Below, piece by piece: positions 1 through 13,300 of a stretch of 64,000 nt of DNA. This DNA comes from Haplodiscus bocki (taxonomy: Eukaryota). A model generated the notes under the pieces. It made no database searches. It was not told where the DNA came from and saw nothing but the letters and a program-made list of their open reading frames with translations. A program made the translations under genes and the position numbers. Location of the stretch: NCBI GenBank assembly GCA_965655095.1, contig OZ296648.1, positions 163,556,001 to 163,620,000 of the forward strand, in the 5' to 3' direction. Numbering within the stretch: position 1 is the first letter of the stretch; every line of letters begins with the position of its first letter.

Positions 1-419
1 TGTAAAAAATCTCAATTTGTTTTTGAAATATATTTTTTACTTCCGCTGTCCGTTAGATGGAACTTTCTTGCTACGTTTGAATGAATTGCATCAATCCAGT
101 GTTAGTTTGAATATATTTCAATCTCATGTTACGTGTAGGTTCTTACCAGGAACAAGTGTAATCTCTTCAGTATTTCTCGCTGAGAAATCTTTTACTTGAA
201 AAATCAACAAAGTTTTTGCATGCTTCTCTCTAGAAAAGTGTTTCCATTAGTCTCGCTAGTGTTATGAAGCGCTGCTTCGCCTCTGTTAAAACGAGCAACC
301 AAGCGAAGCGACCTGTGTTCTGGACGACTTGAGTTTTATTCCTTTCCGTTTCGTAAAATAGCCGTTCGCTGGCAAAATATGCGTCGAATTTTGTTTATGC
401 CGCGTTGCTTCCTGTTGAA

Positions 420-3400
420 ATTTTTTTCACGTGGCCTGATATCAAGCTTGTATTTCCGTTTTGAACGATGAAAAGATCTGGCTTTGAAAATCTGGAAAAT
501 CTTTGACTTGTGTTCGGAAAATCAGCGAAGTTTGTACGTGCGTCGCTCACTAATGGTCGGATTGGGTCCATCAAATGCTGTTTTAGTTACTCATGGTGTA
601 AAGGTTCTGCGAAGTAGCTTGGATAGTCTGTTCTCTATGTTCATTGAGGAAATTGACTTAACGTTGGAAAATTCAAAACGTTTGTTTTCTTTCGTTGTTC
701 GTTAAGGTGGACTTTGTTTCATTGACTGTCGGCCTTATTTGGTTCGTTTAGTGGGGTTTCATTTGTACCGAGCTGTCGCATAGTTTTTTTAGTGTTCATT
801 GTGAAATACCTTGACTTCTGAAAAATCGAAACTGTTTACATTGTTCGTTGTGTTTTTCTTGGTCAGATAAAGTTCTTTCAATGCTGAGTCAAGCACTCGC
901 TTCTCAGCTTTTGTGATAGCCAGAATAGTCTATTGTCAATTTTTATCGAAAATTATCTTAGCTTCTTGTCTTTGAAAAATCCGAGATATTTTGAATTGTG
1001 TCTTTCGCTAAAAGTGCTTTCTTCAATGGCAGCTGCTCGGATTGGATCGATCTGACGATTTGTCGATTTTTCACTACTTCGAGGTCTTGTTATGTGGCAG
1101 GGGCGAACTCTTATATTTTGATGATGGACTAAATTCAAAAGTGCAACTTGTAATTCAAAAGCTAATGAATGATTTTGGGTTTTACTTGTCGTTTGTCGGG
1201 ATGTTTTTTTTGGAGGTTGTTGGTCAGATTTTGTCAATTCATGCATAGTTAGACGAATTTTACCTGCATCGAGCAATGAAAGACGTAACGATGACCTGAC
1301 TCAAACTTCTCTTGCAATATTTTTCCGCTTGTAGTAGTCAACTCTAGGAAGTTTTAACTTCGATCTTTCGTTTTTCAATGAAACTGTTCCTTGCATTCCG
1401 TCCATCTAATTTGTATTTGATTTCATTTACCTGGAAGGTATTTAAAGTGGCACGGATCGTCTCTTCCATGTTTTTCCCGCGAAATGTCTGCCTTTATTCG
1501 AAAAGTGAAAGTTCTTTCGTCTGGAGTGTTTTTCAATATGCAGTGAAAATCGTCAAAACTTTTCTTGGAGACTAGTGCTTACATGTCTATGTGCTTGCAC
1601 ATCATTCGAAATCTGAGCGTTCATTTTGCTATCAGCGTGTACTCGATTTTACAATGTGTTCGATTATACAGCTATCTGGATCTCCAAATAAGACTAGATG
1701 TCGTTAGGTTAGATTTGGTGTAACCGTGAAGTCCAGGGTATTTTGGGACCTGTCAGCGATGGGAAATTAATTGGAGTAAGTGGACACACCAAGAATCGTC
1801 TCATTATAATTAGTTAACCATCAGTCCACTGCTAGTATAAGAAGTCATGCTGCTGTCCCTTCGCTCGTGTAAGAATGACCCTGCAGTTTACTTTCGTTTC
1901 GACGCTGGGATAAAACTTTAAGCGAAGCCTTTTGGTTAGCGGTTCCCAACCTGCATGAAAGTTATGCTTATACGAATATGTAACGAGGAACGTGCCAATT
2001 TTTGGAGACAAAGTAAAACTTTCTTCAATGGAAACCAGCATGTAAGTAAATCTACTGAAACGTGGCAGTGAATACTGTCACTGGACCAGATAATTGTGAT
2101 CAACATGTATTGAAACTATTTCTAACAGATCTATAAGGAAGTAATCCATGTTTCTGATCTATTCTCTGTCATGGTTTATTTCGTACTTTCATCTCAAAGT
2201 GCTGTAAATGCGAAATTAAATTTATTTATTTTGCGCTGTTCGTTGAAAGTGTTTTTCTCATTGGTCGGATTTGGTCCACATAAATGATTCAACCACTCGC
2301 TTCCTTTAGCTTCTTTTGCGAACTTGAGATGGTCTAGTTTCAAATTTTGTTGCAAATTACTGCAACTTGTTTGAAACGCCGAGGATGCTTTTCCTTGTGA
2401 AGTTCGTTAGAAGTGCTTCGCTCGATGATTGTGCGGATTCGGTCCATCCAACTGTGATTCAACTACTATCTGCCTAAATCTTCTGATGGGAGAACCGGGT
2501 TGTCTATTTTCATCTTTTATTGCGAAATATCTTGTAATTGAAAAATCGAACATGTGTCATTGAGTGATTTGTTGATTGTGTTCAGCTTCGTGACTAATGT
2601 TAGGGTTGGATCGATCCCTTGCCGAGTCGACTATTCACTGCCTTTATTTTCTAATGAGCGCACAGGTTGGTCTGTTTTTGGTCTTTGTTTCTAAGTATCC
2701 TAGCTTGAAAAATCGAAGGGGTGTTTCTACTTCTTCGTCGAAGTCGTTTTCCTTGAAGACGGTTGGCCAGATACTGTTTGCTTTCGAGTTCATGGCTGAA
2801 TCGGCTAATCGCTGCCTGGTGGATCAACGAAGGAGCAAGGTTGTTCCGACTCAAACTTTACTCGCAAAATATTTGAGCTCATAAGATGTAACTCCGAGGA
2901 TTTTCTACTGTGGTCTATTGTCAGAAACGTTTTTCTTGAACTCTTCATCATTTTCACCCGTTTAGCTTTTTAAAGTTTCTCTTATTTGTGAAATATTCAA
3001 AGTGCAATCGTTGGTGGTCGTTTGATTGTTTTTTCTATGAAACATTTGGTCAAGTGTTCGAAAAATGGAGTCAGTTTTGTCCTTCGTGTAAGTTTTTTTC
3101 TCGGAACAGCGGTATTCGTCAAATGTGTTTTCGTTGATTAATGATTAGATGTCGCTTATAGCTTTTGGATCAGCCACTAATTAACGGAAGGTTCTATCGC
3201 TAAGAGCGTGTTGTTAGTTAGTTTTTGAGTATTCTCAAACTTTTGCTGCATTTCGTTTGATTTGGTGCTGCCAATAATTCGAAGATTTTGTTGATACATG
3301 TCGGCAAAAAGTCGGTTTCATTGTCACGAGAATTTGCGACGACTCTATCACACTTGCGATAAGCAATGTTGTCTTCATGAGGTGAAACTTCTTTTTCCGA

Positions 3401-5900
3401 TTGTACATAACTGCAATATTTTTCAGAGTTTTTCATGCTGCACGATGAATTGATCTGGCTAATGTGGCGCGCACTGTTCGTATTCCCTTTACTTCTAGGC
3501 GCTGTAATTCAATTCAATAGATTCTGAATGGCTCTTGATCTTCCTTCGTGATGTTTTGCATCGTTCATTAAAAGTGTTGTCAGGGACTAGGGATCAGATT
3601 GGGTCAATGTAGCGCTGATTCAACTGTTCACAGACCAGAGTTTCTTCGTATTAGCGTTGACGCTCTATGTTATGATTGTATTGCGAAAAATGTCAACTTG
3701 TGGTAAAAAAATTGATCCATTGTTTGCTTGCATTGTTCGCTGAAAATGTTTTTCTGTGAATAGTGGTTGTTTTGGGTCCATCGACCGTTGAATCAATTGT
3801 TCAGGGCCCAGGGCAGCTGCGCAGTTGCTTGCGTTGTGTTCTGTGATTTTGACAAAAATCCCAACTTTTATTTCCAAAATCGAAGACTATTTTGCTTGCC
3901 TTTTTCGTTGAAAGTGTTTTTTTGAGTGACTAATGGCGTGATTCGGTCCATCTAGTGCTGATTCCACTGCACAAGGCCCTGGTGTTATGTGGAGTTGACT
4001 GTGACAAATAGTATTCATTTTTAATTGAAAATTTGTCGTTTTGTTCGTTGAAAGTTTTTCAATGATTAGTGGTAGCACTTGCTCATTTTAGTTCTCACTC
4101 ACTGACTCACAAATTGGAGGGTCTGCGGTGTAGCTCGGTGGGTTCATTTTTACGCCGAAAATCTTGACTCGTACTTTAAATTGGAAGTCGTTCTTTATGT
4201 CGCGTTTGCTAAAGATTTTTTTCAGTGATTATTGGGCGGATTGTTTTTATTTAGAGCTCATTCAATTGTTACAGCGTATGGGGTTGGCGGTGTTGGTTCG
4301 ATTGATCCTTTTTTGCGAAACTTCTCGACTTCTATTTTCAAAATCGATTTTTGTGGCGTTGCCTTTTAATTCGATTTCTCGCCTTGTCTATTCGATCCAA
4401 ATGCCTCCATACAGTGCTGATCAGCTAACTCGGTCCTACAGTGTTGGTTGTACAGCTTGGGCCCTTTTTTGCAATTTTCATCGTGAAATATCGTGTCTTG
4501 TAATTATGAAATTGATCTTGTCTTCACTTTCTTTGTCCGTTAGAATTGTTTCTCTCAATGGCTACTGGCTGTGCAGCTTCATTTCAACAATGGTAAGCCT
4601 TTTGTTCTCTACAATAGCTCAGAGGGGCTTTTTCGATTTTTATAGCGAATAGTTCTGACCTATAATTTAAAAATTTGGAGCTGTTCTTGCTTTCTTTGTT
4701 CCTGCAATAAGTTTTTGTCAATGAGTGGTGTAGTGGTCGCATTGATACCCTCCACTGCTGCTGCAACTACAGCTCGCCCACAGTGTCTGATGAGTAGCTT
4801 CGGTGTTTGTTTTCAATTTTAATTGCGGAATATCTTGACCTGTATCAACACTTGCACGATCTCTTTCCGATCAGTTAACAACCCGCACAAGTACCTTGAT
4901 TTTGACCGAGAAGATGGTCTGTCTTATTTTCAAACCTGGGACCTTTCGCACCGGATTTGGATGTTCTACTGACTGTGCGATTGCCGCTTGAGAATGACAA
5001 TTTTAATTCAAAATATCGAGCAAATGAATTATTATCGTTTTTCTTACTTGTATGAAGATGTGGACGAAATAACTCAATTTTTGTACACTTTTTATCATTA
5101 GTGTTCGTATTTTCGTAGGCCCTTTGAAAATCGGTTTTTTTTCGATTTGTTCACTGGTATTCCATTGGCACACGTGTTGTGAAGTGCAGCCTCGCCTCGG
5201 CGTTGAAGTCGATTTCAATTTTGTTACTTGAAATCGTTTTTCTCAATGACTGGTCGTCGAATTGGATCCATCGTGAGTTGATTCAACTACCCCGGGCCCA
5301 GAGTTTCTGCTGTGTAGCTCGGGCCTCTTTTTGGAAATTTCTTGGGAGAAGCTTTAAATTTCAATTGAAAAGTCGATGATCATTTTACTTGCATTGTAAG
5401 TTATGACACTTTTTCATAGAATTGCGTCTCTCTCAAACATATTCAATTACTTGCTGCCTGGTGTTTGTGTTGAGTGGAAATTTTGCCCTTATGAAGTTTT
5501 TCGAAACATTTCAACTGTTATTTTAACTTATCGTTTTTTTATGCTCTCGTTGTTATTCAAAAATGATTTTCTCAAAGGCTGATAATAGGATTGGCTCCCG
5601 CCAGCGTTGCTTGAACTTTTTCTGGCCTATAGTGTCTGTGAATTTGCTTGGAATCACTGTTTTTATTTTTTTTGCGAAAAAATTTTGACTTGTTATTGAA
5701 AAATCGAAGATGCTTTTACTTTCATTGTTCGATAAAACCATTTCTATCAAAGACTAGTGATCGGATTGGCTCCATGCAGCGCCGATTCAACCACTTGAGG
5801 CCTATAGTTTTTGTGGTGTAGCTTAGAGGAATTGCTGCGGATGAAGTGCAACTGTGGTGAAGATTGAGTTCGAATCCGACTTAGTTTTTGGTTTTTTGAA
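420..5900. repeat. Highly degenerate tandem/satellite-like array, unit roughly 170-180 bp
   Basis: The motif order GATCGGATTGG(G/A)TCCATC..GCTGATTCAAC(C/T)AC..GTTTCTG..TGTAGCTCGG..TTGCGAAATATCTTGACTTGTAATTGAAAAATCGA recurs in degenerate form near 556, 801, 2262, 2521, 3591, 3941, 4482, 5250, 5590, 5671 and 5760. An isolated copy lies at ~53790-53920. No credible ORFs. Confidence 0.6.
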
Positions 5901-6099
5901 TTTTTTCTCTGTGGTAACTGGTTTTGCAAGTGTTTGAGAAGCGCTGCTTGACATCTGTGTCAGAATGGCGATGGACTTGCCTTTGGATCTTGTGTTGCCA
6001 ACATCTTCCTGTCTCGAAACGACGATCGAATCAAAGAAATAAACGGTAAACCATCTTCTTTGATAACCTCATGTGAAATGCGTCATCGGGTCGGACTCA

Positions 6100-6430
6100 G
6101 CAGTTTTTACCTTTTGAGTTTACTCAATTTACATTTCACTTTCGAAACATATGTACAAGGGCCCATGTCGTTCCTAGATATGTTACTCACGCGTGAAACC
6201 AGCTCTAACGTCAACCTCTCCTGTTACAGCAAGAAGACGGACACCAACATCTATTCGAACTATTTCTCCGTTCGTTAATCCAATGAGATACAAGCTATCG
6301 GTAACTCGAAAAGTTGTTCATAGACTCTTCCAATTTTCGTCTGTCTGGGATATGTTTAAATACTCCCTAATACAAGCGGAAAGGCATTCAAACATGCAGC
6401 AAGTTGCCTCCAGAAACCTACACTCATAAT
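6100..6430 (+). mobile_element. Penelope-like element (PLE) reverse transcriptase C-terminal/thumb fragment, frameshifted
   Basis: ORFs 6060-6278 and 6193-6429 join across a frameshift to give LHFTFETYVQGPMSFLDMLLTR..CYSKKTDTNIYSNYFS/VNPMRYKLSVTRKVVHRLFQFSS. This fits the PLE pattern FTxE..L(P/S)FLD..R...YRKxTxT..Y..F.S..P..(H/Y)K..V..L.HR. Confidence 0.75.
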
Positions 6431-7378
6431 TTGGAAAACATCAAACACCCTTCTTAATGTGATGTCGTGAACAATTGGTAACCCAGCGGTACCAGGAACA
6501 TACCGAATCTGAAACCATTTCTTCAATACAGAAAATAGTACACAGATGTTCAATACAGAAAAGACGATACAGATGGGCTCATGAAACTAATACGTCAGAT
6601 TAGTCAATCCACCGAGTCCGGCCTTAAGGAAGTTATGTACTCTCTTGCCCTCACTAAAAGCTATAGGCTAAAAGCAAGCATTTTAGTACTACTGAAATAG
6701 GCATTATTTCTGTGAGCTTTGGTAAAAATACAGATAGCTATAACTGCCATCGTTGTATGTTGCGTCGTTCCGATAAAAGTATTGAAACAGTGTAAAATTT
6801 CAGTTTGAGATGCCCATAGTAAGGGAGAGTTACTGAATGTTATCTCAGAATAGTCAGCTAAATCTTCTGGTTTATGGTCGTCGCTTTCCAAAAAAAATGC
6901 TTGGTTATTACAGAGGCTTTTGTTTTGTAATACCATCGAAATTGAGTCATTGGCCTTCGGCCGTCCTGGAAAGAGCAAACCAAAGCTCGGAAACGTAATA
7001 GATTACGTACGAAAACACGAAAATACCAATACATTTTTTTTGCAAAACCAAGTACCAAAAATTTTTATGATACCCCTCTTACACATGTTGAGCCGTACGT
7101 CAGCGTCAACTTGGGCCATTCCCGGCTCATGTCTTTTGCATGACCGTTTTTTTATATTCTTCTGTTCCGGCTTCAAATCAGTCAAACGTGTTTTCATTGT
7201 TTCCGCGAGAGCTGGACGCTACCGTGATTGTTGAACATTTCGCCGATATTATTTTAATCCCGAATTTCTCTCTTTTGGTGAAGACTATTGAAAAGATTCT
7301 GACGACGCGAGTAGATAAAAACACATCCCTGAATTTTAGAGCTACCCCTTTTGATATAAGGTCTGCTTCCGTTTTCAG

Positions 7379-10300
7379 GCTTCTTGATGCGGAGTGTCGG
7401 AAGAACAAAGAACTCAAACGAGAAATAGCATCTGTGCAGAAGATTCTGGAATCGCTGAACCAACAACTGGAGAGCGAGAGGACAGAGAAGTCTTCATTGG
7501 CTGCCGAAGTGGAAATGAACACGAGTCGCCATTCAGCTGAAGTGGCTCGTATCAAGCAGAGCTGCGAGCGGGAAGCTGCAGAACAAGTCGAGAAAACAAT
7601 TTTTGAGGTTTCGTCACGCTATGAATCGAAGATGAAAGAAGACAAGATGTTACATGAGCAACACATTCGAGTTATTGAAGTCGACTTTAAAGATAAAGTC
7701 GAGGCTAGATTCTGAATTTTACTTTTTTTTCACTCATTTTTTTATTGGCGGTCCGCAGTTTGTATGACGAAAAGCCAAACAGTATTTTTCATTGCATTTT
7801 TCGAAAAGTAGGAGTGTTTTTTTGGCTTCAGAATTTTACCATATAAGGACCTCGATTTATTCCTCGATTCTTATTGTCTTATTAGTTGTTCCGTGTCGCG
7901 TTACAGAGTCTTTCGAGGGAGATGAGATCCGAGAACGAGAAGCAGTTGCGAGAAATGAAGAAGTTAATGATGGATGTGGAGATGCGAAACGAGGCTTTGC
8001 AACAGGAAATGCTCATCGCTCAAAATAATGCCAAAAACACTATTAGTAATACGTAGGTTTTCCATATACATAACACTGACTTGCTTTAAAAGTTTTCCCA
8101 GCAGTCGCAAGGCCCTTCATCTTGATTTTTTCCGGCTCATTTCTATTCTTTCGTGAAAAAAATTGAAACAAAAGTCAACAGCAGATAAGAAGATATTACT
8201 TTCAATCGATTAAATTGAGACCGCTCAGAGGCTATTTTCATGAGGACAGCGTGTTCCTAGTTTTATAAGCGCAAAATTATACTACAAAATGATTTTTTTT
8301 CTGTTCCGGAAGTGCAAAAACGTATTACCTAACATAACTTCGCTTTCATCTTTATTTGTTCTGTGCAATAGAATTTTGAATCAAATACTTTATTTAGGTT
8401 TCAACTCAAAGAAACGATTGAGAGAAACTACAAAGAAGTCATGCAAGCCATGGAACGGTGTTTATCAACAAGAGGGAATGAAAATACAACAGCGAAGCCA
8501 TCGATTCTTTACAAGGGAACAGCTAACTCCTATCTGCGCAATAATACCATTAGAGGTGTGGCACGTGATCTTGGAGACGTAGCTGATTCCTCTTCCGTGG
8601 TGCCTCAGAAGCTATTCAATTATGATGATGGCAATGCCGGCAGTTTTGGTCCATCAGACATGAACCACCTTGCAAATCCGTGTCCTGTAAATACAAAAAC
8701 AGAAAGCACGCCGGCTGCAAGGACACATTCTCTGAAGCCGTATACTTTCGTAGCCATTGACCCAAACAATAGATGGAAAAGGTATTTTGGGAAAACATCA
8801 AAATTTGGTACTGTAATTCCACAATTCTTGTCAAAAATGAATGTTCCAAGTCGGATTCCGGTATATATAATAAACTTACAGATTTTTCCTGGGGAAATTC
8901 CAGTCCGAAAATTCATAATGAAACCCATTTAGGAACTTGATTGTGGAAACTTTAATGCATTTTTGGTTCGTACTATTTCAGCTGGTAAAGCACTAGTTTA
9001 TTCCGGTCGACGCGCTTGTTTGTCCTGATAATCACAACGCCCACAAGATGAGTGGCATTAACCTCGCTTGTAACTGCCAAATAGGGTGTCCCTTTTGGCG
9101 TAGAAATTTTTAACGATAGCCTGGAGCTTAGATACGACCACCTGGGTTCAAATCCCATCTCGTCCATGTTTTTGGTCTTTGTGTGAAAATTTAAACTATC
9201 ATTTTCAAGTTTATCCATTGAATTAAAAATTCGACTTTTGCTTTTTGCCCAAATTTTTGGCAATTATCCTGACTTTACTTCTTTTAAAGAGTTCGAAGAA
9301 ATTATTACCAATCTATATTGTTCGAAAATTCTCTTGATTTTTTTGAAAAGCGAAATTTTTGTTTGTAATGTACAACAAGTCTAGAATGGTCATAGTCGGT
9401 GTCACCCGTATTGCTCATAGGACGGGGCTGATTTTGATCTTAGAAAAAATGTATTTTGGTGTAATTTTTTTCATAAAATGAAAGAAAAAATATGGTATGC
9501 CGGGGTTCGAACCGGCTGCCTGTCGATTTGTTAGACTTTGTAAAGAGGTAGCACAATTTTTCTCGAAAATAGGTAGATTTTTGGTATAGTTTCCGGTAGA
9601 AAGTAAAATATATAGCCTATTCTTGGGTTCGAAACAGCCACCTGTGGGCTTCGGAACCCTTTTGTCCTACCCAGTGGGCCATTTAAAATGTAAAATTTTC
9701 CAGTATATGCAAAGAGGGTTGCCATGTTTTAAACAATTTGGAAGCTATTTACAATTCGTGTCATCAAGATCAACAATTTGACCAACGCTGTTAAAGTTGG
9801 ATGAGTTTGATGTGATTTCTGTCATCTAAAAAGTCACTACAATAGTGGGCCTCTTTAAATTAGTAAAGTCCGATTGAAAATACCTCAAATTTGCTGTATT
9901 TTTTTGCAATTTTCGGTCTTCTGCCATTGGAATCATTTTTAGGCATTAAGCTTGGCCTATTGGCTTTAGATTTTACTTCTTAGGCTTTAAGATATCGCAA
10001 ACGTTGGTGTGTCTGACTGAGCGATAGAGTGCAGCACAAATCTTGTTTGTTTTGATTCGCTTCCTCAAAGTATAGCGGACTCCACTCTTCGCTTTTTATT
10101 CTACAACTTGTAACACATGATTTGTGTACAAGTGATTGATTCAACTATTGTCGAGTTGTCATTCTATTTTGTGATCTTGCATAATTGGTGCTCTCTTGCG
10201 TTCCGAATAACCTTTGCGACTACGCATCCAGATGAGTTGCATACCACGTTTTGGTGTTTTTTCAAGATTTCTCAGAATATTGACTGTTTTTTCCAAAGTG

Positions 10301-13300
10301 GTAATTTTGGTGCTTCCGATTCAGCTAAAAATGGTCATTTTTGATAGTGTCTCCCTTTTTTATCCCTCCAATTCAATCTTTTTGCCTCAGATTGGATAAG
10401 AACGCGCATGCTACTGCTCTGAACAAGTTCTTTAAGCGTCATTATTGTAAAAACGGTTTACTTATGAGCCAAAACCGGACCCGTGCATCTCTGGTGGCGT
10501 ATGTTTGGTTTAGTTTCGAAAGATGGAGTAAAAACCTCGTATGTAGAAAAATTTGCAGTTTTTCAAAAGAAGAATTTTGGCATTCAGAATTCGAGTACTT
10601 TTCCTGGGAGAGTGAAGCAATTTTCCCTTTAAGTTTGTTTCCATGGTTTCGTAACATCTCACATTTTTTTGGACAACTTCTGGTACTGATGGGAGGCGCT
10701 GTTCGAATCTTCAGAAAACTTGATAAATTTTGTTTAGGCTGGCTACGCCAGCTTACTAAGCTCGATATCCGTTTTGTCGCGTCAATCATAAATCGCATTT
10801 GGCGTTTGCTGCCGATGCCAATTGCTCTGCTGCTCTTCTGATTGGCTTTGTACCTGAACAAGCTGGTACCTTCTAACTCCTTAATTAGAAACGTTGGCCA
10901 TGTGCACTCGGTTATTATGAGCATTCAGGATTGATTCACACCTCCACCAGATTCCTTTTTCGGCATTCAGAAAATTATCGACTCCTATCGCCAAGATTTC
11001 GAAACATTACCTAAAAAACTAATGAATCATTTTCCAATTTGAATCAAATATCCGACCATCTTGTGCGAATCACGCAATTTTTCGCTATAATCCCTACCAA
11101 GTCGACATTTTCGAGCATATCCTGAAGTTAATACCAACGTTTACAGTGTGAATTCTTTGTGTTCTATTTGAAGCAAACCGCAAATTTTCGTTCCTTGGTG
11201 TACAAAAATAGTTAATTTTTGCGCACATTTGGCCTTACGAGTCATCTTTCCAGTTACGCATGAAGCATTGTTTACGAAACGTAATATTTAAAGCTTTTTT
11301 CTAAATTGTGAAAGTTCTCAAAAATGGTGTTTTTACTGTTTTAAAGTTGACCAAAGTTAGCTATTTTCTAGAGTTTTCGCAATTTTCATTTCCATATCAA
11401 CTTTCCAGCTGTTTTTCCAAACTAATGCAATACAGAAGCGCAATTAACTACACTAGAATTTCCCAAAATTTTTACTCATTTAGGTTTTTTAGTGGTTTAA
11501 TTTTTGTTTTTGACGCTACAAAGTAGGGTAAAATTAGTCAATGTCGCAATTTGTCCCGTTTTTGCCCCTTTTGTGTTACATATCGAGTGTCAAGCGAGTT
11601 GGTTGGACCAATGCAATACAGAAGCGCAGATATAGCTGGGTGAAGCACGGGTTTCCAAAATTGTTCATTATTGGGGCTTTTGGTTGTTGAAAGTCAACAA
11701 CAATTAGCTTTTTTTCAGCTTTTGAGTATTTTCCGCTCTTTGACTTTCCAAGTTTGTTTTTCAGCTTCACGTTCAATTGAAAGCAGTGGACTCATTCAGC
11801 ATTTATCCATAAAATGTTTAAACTTGTGGTTTTATCGTTTTTCAAGTGACAAAAATAGCTACTTGTGCTTTTTTTGCTCTTTTGCCTTCCAAACCAACTG
11901 CACTTCCATCTAAATTGAAAACAGAAAGTGTCAGTTTTGGATAAATTTTGACCTATAAAATAGTATTAATGGTGCTCCAGAAACCACTAATGTTTGCTTT
12001 TTTGGATTTTTTTTGTTCGTTTGCTGTGCGAAGCAGTCTTTTGTTTACACCTGTATGGGTTAGGATAAAAACAAACGTGCTGCTGCTCTGAGCAAGTTCT
12101 TCAAATATCATTCTCGTGCAGCAATCTTTTTCAGCAAAGAGCAAGCTTCCTCCCGACCTATGGATGGCGCTATTGTTTGCGCGCTATCTTCGTAGTTTCG
12201 TTAATTTGCGAAGCTTTTCTCCGCCTCTGTGTTACATTTGCGAAAGATAGTGTTTTATCACACGTTCTGCTTCTGCCATTTTTTCCGATCCCTCCAAAAC
12301 TCGCAAACTTTCCCAGAATTTGATCTTCCGAACAAACTCCCAGAAAGAAGGTGCCGTCATGTCCGGGGCTCGAACCTGGGATCTGTCGCGCCGCTGTCCC
12401 ATGCTCTGCCAACGGCTCTATTTTTTTCTTCGATAATTGAAATTTTCAAAGATGAAGTGTACGGTACTTTTATTTACACTAGCATTCCATTGGCGCAGGT
12501 GTTGTCTTCGCCTATATGTAGAAAAAAGGTTTCAAATAATATATTTTTGAACAGTTCTGTCTGAAATACAAGTGGTTTTGAAGATATGTTGATTGAGCTC
12601 ACTTGAACAACACCTTCAGCGTTCAATGGAATTAGCAGTAAGCAATCCGATGAATTTGGAGTCAGCAGATTCAGAACCGAATTCGGTTCGGAGGTGCTGA
12701 ATTGTAATTCATTCCCATTTTTAGGTCCAATTCCGATTGCAGCTGGTTCTCTTTCGAAAGTGCGCACTTGAAAGGTTTCTTGATTGTCAATTTTTTGTCA
12801 ATTTTAGTGAGGCGAGCCATAATAGAAGTATTCAAGCACAGAGTTCCATTGGTGTGACTGAGAGATTTGAGTTGCCGCCTCATGGAGCAAATATATCCCA
12901 TACGAGTCGCCTTTCCGTGGGTCTCGGCAGTAGCACACCAGCAGCTGTGCAGTTCTATTCTGCTGGTTGGTAGTACGCCATTTATGTTTTTATAATCTGC
13001 TTATCCCCGAGGACTATGTGTAGTTGCTCCAACTCCAAACCTCTCAACTAGTATACCGCTAATCCTCATCACGAAATTAGCTGTGCCTGAGAGTTGAAGT
13101 GGTTCGTTTGATTTGAAACCATAGATCGTATGAACGTAAGGGAGAGTTTCTGAGATTAAGGTGTACTAATTGTCTCCTTAATGGCCATCTTAAGTCAACT
13201 CAGGCATTTTTTTGCTAAATCTTGTTCAACTTTTCCAGGAACGACACCCACGGAGGAGACAGCAACGGCACCCTTCGAGAGCAGAGAGAGTGGCGACAAT

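Noticed and set aside
6900-7378. Additional upstream exons of the coiled-coil gene
   Set aside because: Open frames exist, but I could not find a donor in the required phase 2, so the 5' structure is left unresolved.
10341-10924. Overlapping 160-166 aa ORFs on both strands
   Set aside because: No recognisable motifs. They lie in the 4 kb repeat-rich intron, and part (10391-10450) is repeated at ~12060-12120.
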